Shown here in pieces: positions 17,815 through 28,141 of a stretch of DNA of 64,000 bases (position 1 is its first letter; each line of letters starts with the position of its first letter). The notes under the pieces are model-generated. The model ran no database searches and had not been told where the DNA came from. It was given only the letters and a program-made list of their open reading frames with translations. Source of the DNA: an uncultured Acidobacteriota bacterium. Lineage in GTDB: Bacteria; Actinomycetota; Acidimicrobiia; Spongiisociales; ZC4RG35. The stretch is from the NCBI GenBank assembly GCA_963828465.1, contig CAWHEU010000020.1, positions 1 through 64,000 on the forward strand, in the 5' to 3' direction. Position numbers and translations under genes: made by a program.

Positions 17815-18132
17815 TCACATGATGTCGAGCGCCTCGGCGACCTCGATGGTCCCGCCCGAAGGCAGCTGCGGCGAGCCCTTGGCGAAGACGAGGGCCTGCT
17901 CGAGGCTGTCTGCGCTGATGATCGAGTAGCCGGTCACCGGGTTGGCGCCGCCGCCCTGGGTGGTCGACCCATCGGTCCCGACGGTGGCCGATGCCCCGGT
18001 CGGGTGCCCTTGATCAACTACTGCCGAGCCAAGACCGCCCAACCATTCATTCCACGCCTGCATCACCGCCGCCCCCTCCTCCTCCGACTCCGGGGTGCTG
18101 CCGCCGTGATAGACGAACAAGAACTTGGCCAT
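17815..18132 (-). CDS. YCII-related protein
   Basis: KFLFVYHGG...NPVTGYSIISADSLEQA...GGTIEV. Confidence 0.8.
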   Translation of the reverse strand: MAKFLFVYHGGSTPESEEEGAAVMQAWNEWLGGLGSAVVDQGHPTGASATVGTDGSTTQGGGANPVTGYSIISADSLEQALVFAKGSPQLPSGGTIEVAEALDIM

Positions 18133-18261
18133 TGCGTCTCCTTTCGCACGGCCACCTGGTGTGGCCTGTACATCTAGAGACGAACGGGGCTCACGCCTTT
18201 CGACATCTGGTGTCCAGGCTTTCGTCGTAGTGGGCGGGCGTTAACTACCGTCCCGTCGCTG

Positions 18262-18879
18262 ATGAAATTCAGGATCGTCCCCACCAGCCGGGAATTCTTC
18301 GACGATTTCTCTTTGGCAGCGCACAACATCGCGACGTGTGTGGACAAGCTCAACGATGTCCTCGCCGACACAGCACATGCGGCAGAGCTCCATGTGGCGG
18401 TCAAGGAGGTCGAGCGGGCCGGTGACGAGTACACCTCGCGCATTCTGACCCGGCTCGACTCCACATTCGTCACCCCGTTCGACCCTGAGGACATTCAGCG
18501 GTTGGCGCAGGGAATCGATGATGTGGTCGACGACATCTACCACGTGTCCGAGATGGTGGTGCTCACCAACATCACTGAGCTGATCCCCGAGGTTCCCGAG
18601 CAGGTAGAAGTCCTGACGAAAATGGCCGCGAAGATCGTCGAGCTCTTCGATCGCTTCGAGGACATGAGGGGCCTCCGCCAGATCATCGGCGAGATCGAAG
18701 GTCTGGAGAGCGAGGGAAATCGAATCTACCGAAGAGCCGTCGCCAGGCTGTTCTCCGGGGAGATGGAACCAGTCGACGTCATCCGTTGGAAGGACATCGT
18801 CGAGTCGCTGGAAGCGGTGCTCGACCGTATCGAGGACATGACCAACATCGTCACCACGATCGTCGTCAAGCAGGCCTGA
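18262..18879 (+). CDS. DUF47 phosphate transport regulator (PhoU-like)
   Basis: ERAGD...TFVTPFDPEDI...DDVVD...LESEGN; adjacent to PiT. Confidence 0.93.
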   Translation: MKFRIVPTSREFFDDFSLAAHNIATCVDKLNDVLADTAHAAELHVAVKEVERAGDEYTSRILTRLDSTFVTPFDPEDIQRLAQGIDDVVDDIYHVSEMVVLTNITELIPEVPEQVEVLTKMAAKIVELFDRFEDMRGLRQIIGEIEGLESEGNRIYRRAVARLFSGEMEPVDVIRWKDIVESLEAVLDRIEDMTNIVTTIVVKQA

Positions 18880-18892
18880 GGAAGCATCGATC

Positions 18893-19885
18893 GTGGAGAT
18901 CGGCGCGATCATCGTGATTCTGGTCGCGCTGGCCTTTGACTTCACCAACGGATTCCACGACGCGGCCAACTCGATCGCCACGGTGGTGTCGACCAGAGTG
19001 CTCTCACCCCAATATGCGGTGATCTGGGCCGCGTTCTTCAACTTCGTCGCATTTCTCATCTTCAGCACACACGTGGCCAACACCATCGCAAAAGACGTGG
19101 TGGTACAGAGCGCCCTCACCGTTGGGGTGATCTTCGCCGGCCTCCTCGGTGCAATCGCCTGGAATCTGTTGACCTTTTGGCTTGGCCTCCCCACCAGCTC
19201 GTCGCACGCTCTCGTCGGTGGCATGGCAGGTGCGGCGGTCGTGCGTGGCGGGTTCGATGTCCTCATCTCCGAGGGCCTGGCGACCATCGGCGCCTTCATA
19301 GTGCTCTCTCCGTTGATCGGGCTCGCTCTCGGGCTCTTGTTGACCGTGATCATCCAGTGGCTGTTTCACCGCGAAAAGGACATCGACAGATTGAACAAGG
19401 GGTTCCGACGAGGCCAGCTGGCGTCGGCGGCCGCCTTCAGCCTGGGACACGGTGGCAATGACGCCCAGAAGACGATGGGGATCATCCTGGCTGTCCTCAT
19501 CGCGGTCGGGAGCCTTCCTCCCGATGCCGAGGTGCCTCTCTGGGTCGTCCTCTCCGCACACACGGCAATCGCTTTGGGCACGCTTTTCGGTGGATGGCGG
19601 ATCGTCAAGACGATGGGGTTCAAACTCACCAAGCTGCAGCCCTCCGGTGGTGTTGCCGCCGAGACCGCCGCGGCCGCCACACTCTTCTTCGCCTCGGCAC
19701 AGGGCATTCCGGTCTCGACGACGCACACCATCACCGGGGGGATCGTCGGAGTAGGCGCCGCCCGTCGTATGTCGGCGGTGCGTTGGCGGGTGGCCGGCAG
19801 GGTTCTGTGGGCGTGGATCTTCACGATCCCGGGCGCAGCCATCGTTGCCGGCATATTCTCACTGATAGTGGAAGCGCTGGCATGA
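18893..19885 (+). CDS. pit: PiT-family inorganic phosphate transporter
   Basis: NGFHDAANSIAT, GLPTSSSHAL, HGGNDAQKTMG, PVSTTH. Confidence 0.96.
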   Translation: MEIGAIIVILVALAFDFTNGFHDAANSIATVVSTRVLSPQYAVIWAAFFNFVAFLIFSTHVANTIAKDVVVQSALTVGVIFAGLLGAIAWNLLTFWLGLPTSSSHALVGGMAGAAVVRGGFDVLISEGLATIGAFIVLSPLIGLALGLLLTVIIQWLFHREKDIDRLNKGFRRGQLASAAAFSLGHGGNDAQKTMGIILAVLIAVGSLPPDAEVPLWVVLSAHTAIALGTLFGGWRIVKTMGFKLTKLQPSGGVAAETAAAATLFFASAQGIPVSTTHTITGGIVGVGAARRMSAVRWRVAGRVLWAWIFTIPGAAIVAGIFSLIVEALA

Positions 19886-20076
19886 GCGACCGGAGGGCCT
19901 ATTTCTTCCTGGCAGCGGCCCTGGCGGTCCTCGCGGTTCAGGGTCTCGTTCCCCAGTACCGCTGGTTGACCCTCTCCGTAGCGGCCGTCTACTTGGTCTT
20001 CGCTCTGGCTTTTGCGACCGCCAACCTCTCGGCCCGGCGAGCGTCGATCAAGAGGCGTGAATCTCGGGACGGCTGA
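19882..20076 (+). CDS. Small two-TM membrane protein
   Basis: MSDRRAYFFLAAAL...; ATGA overlap with pit. Confidence 0.65.
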   Translation: MSDRRAYFFLAAALAVLAVQGLVPQYRWLTLSVAAVYLVFALAFATANLSARRASIKRRESRDG

Positions 20077-20077
20077 A

Positions 20078-20527
20078 TCAGTCTGTTTGGCGCTTCCGGT
20101 CGATGCCCTCGATGTCAGAACGCTTACCGCTCTCTCTCAGAACACCAACGCCGAGGCCGATCAGGGCGACCGCGAGGAGGACTGCTCCGCTGCGGGTGAG
20201 CAGGGTCCCGGCCGAGGACATCCCTTCCGCACCGACGAGCATGTGTACAAAGAAGCCTCCCGATTGAAGGAGGATCCCGCTCAGCAGGGTCAGTCCGAGC
20301 AACCGTTGGCGCGAGGCGTTGAAGTCTGTCCTATCCATGAGTACGAAATAGATCAGTGCCAGAGTGAGGAGCACGCCGGCATGGGCGTGCCCGGCCCGGA
20401 AGAACTGCTCCTCGAAATCGGTGATGGCTCCCTGGCTGGTCAGCATGCCCAGCAACGACCAGCCGCCGAATTCGACCGTGACAATGGCAAAGAGTGTGAA
20501 GGCGATCATTCGCGACGTGGGTCTCAT
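20078..20527 (-). CDS. Conserved 4-TM membrane protein
   Basis: FFRAGHAHAGVLL motif; ATG at 20527 overlaps the upstream stop. Confidence 0.8.
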   Translation of the reverse strand: MRPTSRMIAFTLFAIVTVEFGGWSLLGMLTSQGAITDFEEQFFRAGHAHAGVLLTLALIYFVLMDRTDFNASRQRLLGLTLLSGILLQSGGFFVHMLVGAEGMSSAGTLLTRSGAVLLAVALIGLGVGVLRESGKRSDIEGIDRKRQTD

Positions 20528-21249
20528 CGGGTTCCCTTCTTCGTTGATGGTCCGCCGGAGCGACGGATGAGCGATGTGCCGAGTGCGAGGAGCCAAATAG
20601 TGATGACCGTCGGCCCGATGATCGTGAGAATCCTCGAGGCCGCGGTTGGCTCTCCGGCGAAGGCCTGAACCAGGCCCGCTCCGATCGACAACACTCCGGC
20701 TGCCACCGCCACCCAGCCAAACCAGGTCGGGTAGTCGTCACCTAACGCCACAGCCAACCCGAACAGGAGGAACGTGGCGCCGGCGAACACCATGTTGAAA
20801 AGACTGGCGAGCGAGAAGTTGAGGGTCTCGTTGGCTCCGACGATGCGTAAGGCGGTCGCCTGCTGATCGGGGGGCGCCAGCACCCACTCCTCGGCGAGCT
20901 GTCGTGCTCCCACCCCGTCCATGATCACCAGCACCAGGCCGATGGTCACGCCGACCACGGCGGCAAGCATCCCGAACTCCGCCAACACCCTCGGAAGCGT
21001 TCCCGTGATCGAGTGGAACAGGGCGTACATCCCCAAGAGCATCAAGAAAATCCCCAGGACGATGATCAGATGGAGCGAGACCCATGAGCCCGACCGGGCG
21101 ATCACCTCGGCGGTCCCAAATGGATCGCCGATCGGGGTTTGAGGATGAAGGAGGTTCCCCACCATCCCCAGGAGTGATCCGACGACGGCGGCCCATCCTC
21201 CGATCTTGAGCACCCATTGCTGATGTGTCGTGGGAGTGAGGGTCTGCAT
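20524..21249 (-). CDS. DUF4386-like membrane protein
   Basis: Six hydrophobic helices; NLLHP and YPTWFGW motifs. Confidence 0.75.
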   Translation of the reverse strand: MQTLTPTTHQQWVLKIGGWAAVVGSLLGMVGNLLHPQTPIGDPFGTAEVIARSGSWVSLHLIIVLGIFLMLLGMYALFHSITGTLPRVLAEFGMLAAVVGVTIGLVLVIMDGVGARQLAEEWVLAPPDQQATALRIVGANETLNFSLASLFNMVFAGATFLLFGLAVALGDDYPTWFGWVAVAAGVLSIGAGLVQAFAGEPTAASRILTIIGPTVITIWLLALGTSLIRRSGGPSTKKGTR

Positions 21250-21278
21250 GGTTGCACTCTGTCTTCAGGTATCTTCAC

Positions 21279-21300
21279 ATATCACAATGACATGTGATAT
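21279..21300. promoter_or_regulatory. Inverted repeat, probable PadR operator
   Basis: ATATCACA-ATGACA-TGTGATAT in the AT-rich divergent intergenic region. Confidence 0.6.
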
Positions 21301-21359
21301 AGGAATAACATTACGACCTGCCACTGTGATGTGTCAACCGAGCAGAAAGGCGAAATGAG

Positions 21360-21881
21360 ATGTCTCGATCCTTGAATGCCACCGCCGCGTCCTTGCTCGG
21401 ATTCCTGCACGAAGGGCCGATGACCGGATGGGACGTCGTTGCTGTAGCCCAACAACGCATCGGTGACTTCTGGTCGCTGACCCAGAGCCAGGTCTACCGG
21501 GAGTTGGCGACCATGGCCGAGCAGGGCCTCGTCGAGGCGGGGGTGCGCGGCAGCAGGGACAAGCGTCCATACGCGATCACGCCGGCCGGGCGGTCCGCAT
21601 TCCGGCACTGGGTGGAACAGATGCCGGGGGACGAGACGATCAGATTCCCCCTCTTACTCACCCTGGCGTTCGGCCGCCATCTCCCGGCGGACCGACTGGC
21701 GACCATGCTCGAACAGCATCGTCTCATCCACTCGGAGCGATTACGTGCCTATGGCCTGCAACTGAAGGAGGTGGAGGCGATAGGGGATCCCTTTGCAAGC
21801 GCCACGCTCGACTTTGGCATCACGTATGAGAAAGCCGTGCTCGAGTGGTTCGACCGACTACCCAAGGACCTCTCCGAGTAA
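21360..21881 (+). CDS. PadR-family regulator
   Basis: LLGFLHEGPMTGWD...SQVYREL...KRPYAITPAGR. Confidence 0.93.
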   Translation: MSRSLNATAASLLGFLHEGPMTGWDVVAVAQQRIGDFWSLTQSQVYRELATMAEQGLVEAGVRGSRDKRPYAITPAGRSAFRHWVEQMPGDETIRFPLLLTLAFGRHLPADRLATMLEQHRLIHSERLRAYGLQLKEVEAIGDPFASATLDFGITYEKAVLEWFDRLPKDLSE

Positions 21882-21894
21882 CGAGAGCCCGGGT

Positions 21895-22605
21895 TCAGAC
21901 CGCGGCCCGATGCCGCATCGCGTCGAGACCCTCCAGGATCAGATCGAGCCCGAACTCGAACTCGAACTGGTCGTCGCACCATCCCAAAGTCGAATCGGGG
22001 TCGTCGTGGGCGACCTCCATCATCATCCCGGTGAGATGAGGGAACTGATCGGCCATCTCCGCCATCGCCTCCGTCAGGTCCTCATCACCCTCGTCGGCAT
22101 TCTCCGGCTCGAACAGCTCCTGGGTGAAGCCCAGGCCCCGACTGCCCAGGGCATGCATGGCGTGATGGGAGAGGTCATATGAGAAGCCACCGGCGTGCAA
22201 CACCCCGAGCAGGTCGTCGAAGTAGCGCATCGTCGATGGACTGATCGCGGTGCGGGTCTCGATCACGCGAGAAGCCCATCGGTGGCGGATCAATACCTCT
22301 CTGGCGGCGAGGATCCTCTTGCGCATCAGAGCCTTCCAGTCCTCGGTCGCCGGAGGGCCATCGACCAACCCGACGGCCTGGTTGATCTCGTCCATGATCA
22401 CTTCCACCACACCGTCGAGTACCGCCTCTTTGTTGGCCACGTGGTAGTAGAGAGACATCGCCTCCGCCCCCAGCTCGCGGGCCAGGTTTCGCATGGTCAG
22501 GGCTTGGATGCCGTCCCGGTCGGCGAGTTCGACGGCGGCGCGCAGGACTCGCTCCCGGGTCAAGGGGTCGCGGGCCCTGGGTCTCGGCTCGGTTTGAGTT
22601 GCCAT
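21895..22605 (-). CDS. TetR-family regulator (TetR_C domain)
   Basis: LTRERVLRAAVELADRDG...LTMRNLARELGAEAMSLYYHV; FEFGLDLILEGL. Confidence 0.95.
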   Translation of the reverse strand: MATQTEPRPRARDPLTRERVLRAAVELADRDGIQALTMRNLARELGAEAMSLYYHVANKEAVLDGVVEVIMDEINQAVGLVDGPPATEDWKALMRKRILAAREVLIRHRWASRVIETRTAISPSTMRYFDDLLGVLHAGGFSYDLSHHAMHALGSRGLGFTQELFEPENADEGDEDLTEAMAEMADQFPHLTGMMMEVAHDDPDSTLGWCDDQFEFEFGLDLILEGLDAMRHRAAV

Positions 22606-22621
22606 CGACCTCCAATCTAAT

Positions 22622-22700
22622 CGTACGAGGTAAGTCTGTCAGGGACTTGACAACCTTACGTCGTACGAGTTACCTTACACCATACGACTTACAACGTACG
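22622..22700. promoter_or_regulatory. Four TetR operator copies overlapping a sigma70-type promoter
   Basis: CTTAC-NN-CRTACG at 22622-22634 (reverse strand), 22655-22667, 22674-22686 and 22688-22700; TTGACA at 22647 and TACCTT at 22671. Confidence 0.8.
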
Positions 22701-22716
22701 AGGAGAAAAGGAGGAC

Positions 22717-23694
22717 ATGGTGAAGGCAATAGTGCAGGACATGTACGGCTCGGCGGATGTGCTCGAGCTGAGGGATATCGATCCACCGGTCATCGGGCCC
22801 GACGAGGTCCTCTTGGAGGTCCATGCGGCTGGAGTCGAACCAGGTGTGTGGCACATCATGACCGGTCTGCCCTATCTGGTGCGAGTCATGGGCTACGGCC
22901 TGACCAAGCCCAAATACCCGGTGCGGGGACGCGATGTCGCGGGGCGGGTCGAGGCGGTCGGCGCCAATGTGACCCGGTTCCAACCGGGGGACGAGGTGTT
23001 TGGAACCTGCGAAGGCTCATTTGCCGAGTATGCGGCCGCCCGGGAAGACAAGCTCGCGCTCGAAGCCGGCCAATCTCACTTTCGAGCAGGCGGCGGTGAT
23101 TCCCATCTCGGGCATGACCGCGCTCCAGGCTCTGCGCGACAAGGGACAGGTGAAGCCCGGTCAGAAGGTGCTGATCATCGGCGCCGGTGGCGGCGTCGGC
23201 ACCTTTGCGATCCAACTCGCCAAGGCGTTCGGGGCCGAGGTCACTGCGGTGTGCAGCACGTCGAAGATCGATCTCGTTGCGTCGATCGGCGCCGATCACG
23301 TGATCGACTACACCCGCGAGGACTTCTCGGACCGGCCGGATCGGTATGACCTCATCATCGACAACGCCGGCAATCGGTCACTTTCTCAGCTCCGAGGCGC
23401 CCTTGCCCCTGAAGAGGAACGCTGGTCATTGTCGGGGGCGAGAACGGTGGAGCCTGGGTCGGTCCCGCCGATCGGATCATCCCGGTGGCTTTGCTCTCGC
23501 CATTCGTCAAGCAGAGGCTTCTGGCGTTGATGGCGACTGAGCGTCAGGAAGACCTCCGCGTTCTTGGTGAGATGGCTGAGGCAGGGAAGTTCACCCCGGC
23601 CCTGGACCGGACGTACCCCCTGGTCGAAGCACCCGATGCCGTCCGTTATGTGGGCGAGGGGCACGCCCGGGGCAAGGTCGTTGTCACGATTTGA
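22717..23694 (+). CDS. NAD(P)-dependent MDR/quinone oxidoreductase, two frameshifts (~23062, ~23414)
   Basis: KAIVQDMYGS...GRDVAG; KPANLTFEQAA...GAGGGVG; GTLVIVG...GHARGKVVVTI, in three successive frames. Confidence 0.88.
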
Positions 23695-23718
23695 CGGATC
23701 TCCTGTGAAAGTTCCGTC

Positions 23719-24691
23719 GTGAAGGCGATCGTTCGCGACGAGTACGGCTCGCCGGACGTGCTCGAGCTGCGGGAAATCGACAAGCCTGTGCCCGGGGACG
23801 ACGAGGTGCTGGTCAAGGTTCACGCCGCCTCCGTCAACACGGCAGACCTCGACTACCTGAGAGGGAGGCCGGCCGCTGCCCGAGTCGCCTCCGGGCTGCG
23901 CCGGCCCCGGAGCGTCCGCATCGGTCTCGATGTCGCCGGCCGCGTGGAGGCCGTCGGTCGAGAGGTGACGACGCTCGGTGTTGGGGATGATGTGTGGGCG
24001 GACTTGTTCGACTTCGGCCAGGGCGCCTTTGCCGAGTACGTCTGTGCCTCAGAGACAGCCTTCACACCGATGCCCTCGGGCGTGACGTTCGAACAGGCGG
24101 CAACGGTTCCCCACTCCGGTGTCCTGGCGCTCCAGGGTCTCCTCGGCAAGGGAAAGATCAATCCTGGAGAGAAGGTTCTGATCAATGGAGCGGGTGGCTG
24201 TGTCGGACCCTTTGCTGTGCAGTTGGCCAAGTCATTCGGCGCCGAGGTGACCGCTGTGGACCACGGCGGGAAGTTCGACCTGATGCGATCGGCCGGGGCG
24301 GACCACGTCATCGACTACACCAATGAGGATTTCATCGAGAACGGTGTGCAATATGACCTGATCCTCGACATCGTGGACCAGCACTCGGTCCTGTACTACC
24401 GACGCTCGTTGGCCCCGGGCGGACGCTACGTCCTCATCGCTCGCACTCTGACCGGATTCGCTCAGGCTTTTCTGGTTGGGGCCGGGGTCTCCATGGCCAG
24501 CAGCAAAGCGAATGGGCATCTTCATGTGGAAGGCGAACAGACGCGCCGACCTGGATCTCCTCAAGAAACTCCTCGAAGAGGAGAGGATCAAGCCCCTCGT
24601 AGACCGACAGTTCCAATTGTCCGAGGTCCCCGAGGCGCTGCGTTACGTCGAGGACGGCCATGCCCGAGGAAAAGTCGTCATATCGATCTGA
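23719..24691 (+). CDS. Second MDR/quinone oxidoreductase paralogue, frameshift at ~24505
   Basis: KAIVRDEYGSPDVL...NGAGGCVG; the C-terminus GHARGKVVISI is in the shifted frame. Confidence 0.88.
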
Positions 24692-24701
24692 CGACGGGTG
24701 A

Positions 24702-25376
24702 TCATCGCCTCTCGGGTGCGCCCCACAGCGAGACGAGGCGCGCCACCAGCGCGACCAGAAATACCTGTCCGACGAACGCCTCGACCACCACCAGTCGCTT
24801 GGCGACGTCGGTGGCGGCGGTGATGTCGCCGTATCCGACGGTGGTCAAGGTGACGAAGGAGAAGTAGACGTAGTCGCCGTCGGATACCACTCCGTTGAGG
24901 AAGGTCGTGCCGGTGAGTAGATCCATGCCGTGGTACAGCGCCGCCATCACAAACGCGATCAGGGCATAGGCGGCCACCCCACCCATGACGGTCTGGAAGG
25001 TCACTTGTCGATGACGGCTGATCCGGTTGAGGATGGCGAGGAGGGCAGCGAATTGGGCGATGCCGAGAAGGATCAGACGCCAACCATCGGCCAATTCGGA
25101 CGAGACAAAACCCAGGGAGAGGGTGGCGAGCAGGACCAGGATCGTGGCAACCGACCCGATCCTGCGGAGCCGCTTCGGGACGCCCGGTGACCACAACGTC
25201 GTCAGGAGCAAGGCGACCCACAAGAGTGAATTCACCGCCAGCAGGAATCGGTTCGATTCGACGCCGGAGAGGACGTAACCCACCAGTATCAGGATCAGGA
25301 CGAGGCCATACCGCTCACGAACCGGCACGCCGGCCACAACCCTGTCCTCAGCCGCGTCCGAGGCCGGGGTCGTCAT
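24702..25376 (-). CDS. Potassium channel family protein
   Basis: YFSFVTLTTVGYGD selectivity filter. Confidence 0.93.
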   Translation of the reverse strand: MTTPASDAAEDRVVAGVPVRERYGLVLILILVGYVLSGVESNRFLLAVNSLLWVALLLTTLWSPGVPKRLRRIGSVATILVLLATLSLGFVSSELADGWRLILLGIAQFAALLAILNRISRHRQVTFQTVMGGVAAYALIAFVMAALYHGMDLLTGTTFLNGVVSDGDYVYFSFVTLTTVGYGDITAATDVAKRLVVVEAFVGQVFLVALVARLVSLWGAPERR

Positions 25377-26053
25377 CCGCTGGTGATCGGCTGTCCCAGA
25401 GCTATCACGAGACCGATGACGAGGCCGATCCCGGCGATGATGAGGAGGGCAACCTGGGCCCTGAAGTATTCGAACCGCTCGGCCATTGCAGCGAAGAAGA
25501 GCACGGCGGCGAAGAGAAGGGTGGTCAATGTGTAGATGTCGGAGATGGTGTTGGCATCTTCTCCGGCTTGAAACAGCTCATCGGCGCGTGCCTCGAGACG
25601 GTCCGCCTCGGCTTCCTGTGAAAGCTGATACTCGGGCATGGCAAACGGGCTCGGCGGCGCATCGGGGTTGTTGAGCGGATCGAGGGCGATCCATGCGTCG
25701 TAGCCCACCCTGAACTCGTCCCTGAACCGCTCGAAGTAGAAGTCGGCAATGACCTCGTTTTCCTCCAGGACTGCGTCGATGTAGTTCTCGAACACACTCA
25801 AGTCAGCCAGACGGAATTGGTTGGCTGCGGTGCGCTGCTGGGCAGCATTGGTGCGTGACCCTGATGCCTGGGTGTAATTGCTCGACTGGATGCCGTCCCA
25901 GAGCGATGCCTGGTATCCGCTCCACGCCGTCGACAGCGCGGCAAACGCCAGGATCGCCACTGTGACGATCTCCATGCGCTTCTCGCTGCGCGACACCGGG
26001 GGGGTTGTGTCTCCCCCCGACTCGGTTGGCTCGGTGTTCTCGGGTCCGGTCAT
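25373..26053 (-). CDS. Membrane protein (DUF4337-like architecture)
   Basis: TM - extracytoplasmic domain - 2 TM; TAWSGYQASLW motif. Confidence 0.75.
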   Translation of the reverse strand: MTGPENTEPTESGGDTTPPVSRSEKRMEIVTVAILAFAALSTAWSGYQASLWDGIQSSNYTQASGSRTNAAQQRTAANQFRLADLSVFENYIDAVLEENEVIADFYFERFRDEFRVGYDAWIALDPLNNPDAPPSPFAMPEYQLSQEAEADRLEARADELFQAGEDANTISDIYTLTTLLFAAVLFFAAMAERFEYFRAQVALLIIAGIGLVIGLVIALGQPITSG

Positions 26054-26204
26054 TCGTCTCCTCGTTTTCGCGCAGCATCATCTTTGTCGGCGTTGCCCGG
26101 CATCACCCGATCTAGGCGAAAATCCGCATTCGCCCGGGACGGTGGAGGATCGTAGGATCGCAGCGACAGTCTGTCTTCGAGGGACAGCGAGCGAGAGGAC
26201 ATCT

Positions 26205-26657
26205 ATGAGCGGCAGCGAAGAAATAGTGATGGGGCCCATCGATTATCTGATCGTCGAGTGGCCGGTGGGTTCGCCCCCGAACGGCGAGGCGTTTCCCCAC
26301 CTCCTCGACCTGGTCGACCGAGGCATCATCCGAATACTGGACATGTCCTTCGTGGAGAAGGATGACGCAGGCAACGTTCTCGAGATCGACATCGCCGACT
26401 TCGACGGAGACGGGACCAACGACCTGTTGGTGTTCGCCGAAGCGTCGTCTGGCTTGCTCGATGAGGAAGATTACGCAGAAGCGGGCGCCGCACTCGAAGC
26501 TGGAACCGCCGCCGCCATCCTCGTGTATGAGAACACCTGGGCCGCTCCCTTCGCCACGGCCCTTCGGAAGAGTGGCGCCCAATTGGTCGCCGCCGGACGA
26601 ATTCCCATCAACGCATTGATCGCCACGCTCGACGAGCTCGAAGCCGCCGAGTCCTGA
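26205..26657 (+). CDS. DUF6325-family protein
   Basis: MGPIDYLIVEW...LVDRGIIRILD...YENTWA...GRIP. Confidence 0.85.
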   Translation: MSGSEEIVMGPIDYLIVEWPVGSPPNGEAFPHLLDLVDRGIIRILDMSFVEKDDAGNVLEIDIADFDGDGTNDLLVFAEASSGLLDEEDYAEAGAALEAGTAAAILVYENTWAAPFATALRKSGAQLVAAGRIPINALIATLDELEAAES

Positions 26658-26676
26658 TCCCGAAAGGAACGAGAAC

Positions 26677-26958
26677 ATGGGATTGATTCGAGGTGTAGCC
26701 CGTACAGCAGTTGTCGCCGGGACCGCCACCGCTGTGTCCAACAGGGTGTCGCGCCGTCAAGGCGAGAAGTGGGCATCCGAGCAAGACGCGGCGTATCAGG
26801 AACAGGCCTACCAGCAGGCCCCGCCACCGCCGCCCCCGGCAGCTCCAGCGGGCGACGACATGTTGGACCAGCTCAAGCAGCTCGGAGAGCTCCACGACGC
26901 CGGTGTCCTCACCGACGAAGAGTTTGCGGCACAAAAGGCCAAGATCCTCGCTCAGTGA
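26677..26958 (+). CDS. SHOCT domain protein
   Basis: ARTAVVAGTATAV...QLKQLGELHDAGVLTDEEFAAQKAKIL. Confidence 0.9.
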   Translation: MGLIRGVARTAVVAGTATAVSNRVSRRQGEKWASEQDAAYQEQAYQQAPPPPPPAAPAGDDMLDQLKQLGELHDAGVLTDEEFAAQKAKILAQ

Positions 26959-27052
26959 TTCGACAGGTCTGATCAAGCCGAGTCGCTGATGGTCGGGGCG
27001 CCCCCTTGTGGGGTGCGTGATTCACGGCCCTCGGGGTGCTTGGATTCGCTCA

Positions 27053-27751
27053 ATGGAAGGCCTGCAGGCACTGGCCCTGGGTGGGCTCGCCCAATCCTCG
27101 TTGCTCTTGGCGGGCCTTGTCGTCTACTGGGTTCGACCGTCGGCCAAGGTGATCGGTGGTCTCGCCGGCTTCGGCGCCGGTGCGTTGATCAGCGCGGTCG
27201 CTTTCGACCTGATCCCGGAGAGCTCGGATCTGGAGAACTGGCAGCTGGGGCTCTGGTTCCTGGTCGGTGCCGCCATCTTCGTTGTTAGCGACAAGATCGT
27301 CGAGTCGAAATTCGGCGAAGGGGACGACGCCGGACCGTTGGGGATCGTGGTCGGTTCGGTGGTCGACGGTGTGCCGGAGTCGATCATCTTCGGCATCCAG
27401 ATCGCGTTGGGCCAGGTCATCAGCGCCGCGTTTCTCGGTGCGGTTTTTGTGTCCAACATCCCACAGGCGCTCGCTCCTTCGGCGGCCCTTGCTGAATCGG
27501 GATGGAGCCGGGCGAAGATGGCGGGCATGTGGGGCTTGGTGGTCCTTGCCTGCGCAGTGACGGCCTGGCTGGGTTACCTGGCCGGAGTGGGCCTCGGGGC
27601 GACCGGGGACCGGGCTGCGGCTCTCGCGGCCGGAGGCCTGCTGGCGATGCTCACCGACTCGCTGATGCCCTATGCGGTGCAAAAGGGTGGCCCTCAGGCA
27701 GGCATCTGGACGGTGGTCGGGTTCGGACTGGCCCTGGCGACATCCTCATGA
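27053..27751 (+). CDS. ZIP-family metal transporter
   Basis: GFGAGALISAVAFDL, VDGVPES, SNIPQA, AAGGLLAMLTDSLMP. Confidence 0.88.
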   Translation: MEGLQALALGGLAQSSLLLAGLVVYWVRPSAKVIGGLAGFGAGALISAVAFDLIPESSDLENWQLGLWFLVGAAIFVVSDKIVESKFGEGDDAGPLGIVVGSVVDGVPESIIFGIQIALGQVISAAFLGAVFVSNIPQALAPSAALAESGWSRAKMAGMWGLVVLACAVTAWLGYLAGVGLGATGDRAAALAAGGLLAMLTDSLMPYAVQKGGPQAGIWTVVGFGLALATSS

Positions 27752-27820
27752 GCCAAGGCTGCGTGATTGCTTTTAGGGCTTTGTCGGGTTGAATGTCAGG
27801 ACTTAGAGCGAGGAGATCGG

Positions 27821-28105
27821 GTGGGTTGTCTGTTTCTGATCCTCTTGGGGGTCAGTCCGCGTCTCGCGGTGGTGACGTTGTGGCTGCTGACCGATTGGGT
27901 CGAACGCGCTTTTGGCGATAGCTGGATCCTCCCGCTGGCCGGGTTGATCCTGTTGCCATGGACCACCGCCCTGTACGTGGTCGGTTATGTCGCCGGTGAT
28001 GCGGCCGCTCCGTGGGGCATCCTCGGGGCGATCATCGGATTGTTCCTCGACATTGCCCTCCACGCCGGTTCGGCAACGATGACTCGGCAGCGATACAGCA
28101 GCTAG
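27821..28105 (+). CDS. Small membrane protein
   Basis: GCLFLILLGVSPRL...LPWTTALY; GTG start after GAGGAG. Confidence 0.75.
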   Translation: MGCLFLILLGVSPRLAVVTLWLLTDWVERAFGDSWILPLAGLILLPWTTALYVVGYVAGDAAAPWGILGAIIGLFLDIALHAGSATMTRQRYSS

Positions 28106-28141
28106 ATCGGCGTTCGACCTAGAGGAGAGCTGACCTCGCCT

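Noticed and set aside
22622-22700. CRISPR-like mini array
   Set aside because: 13-bp degenerate boxes with 1-20 nt gaps over a promoter; better explained as TetR operators.
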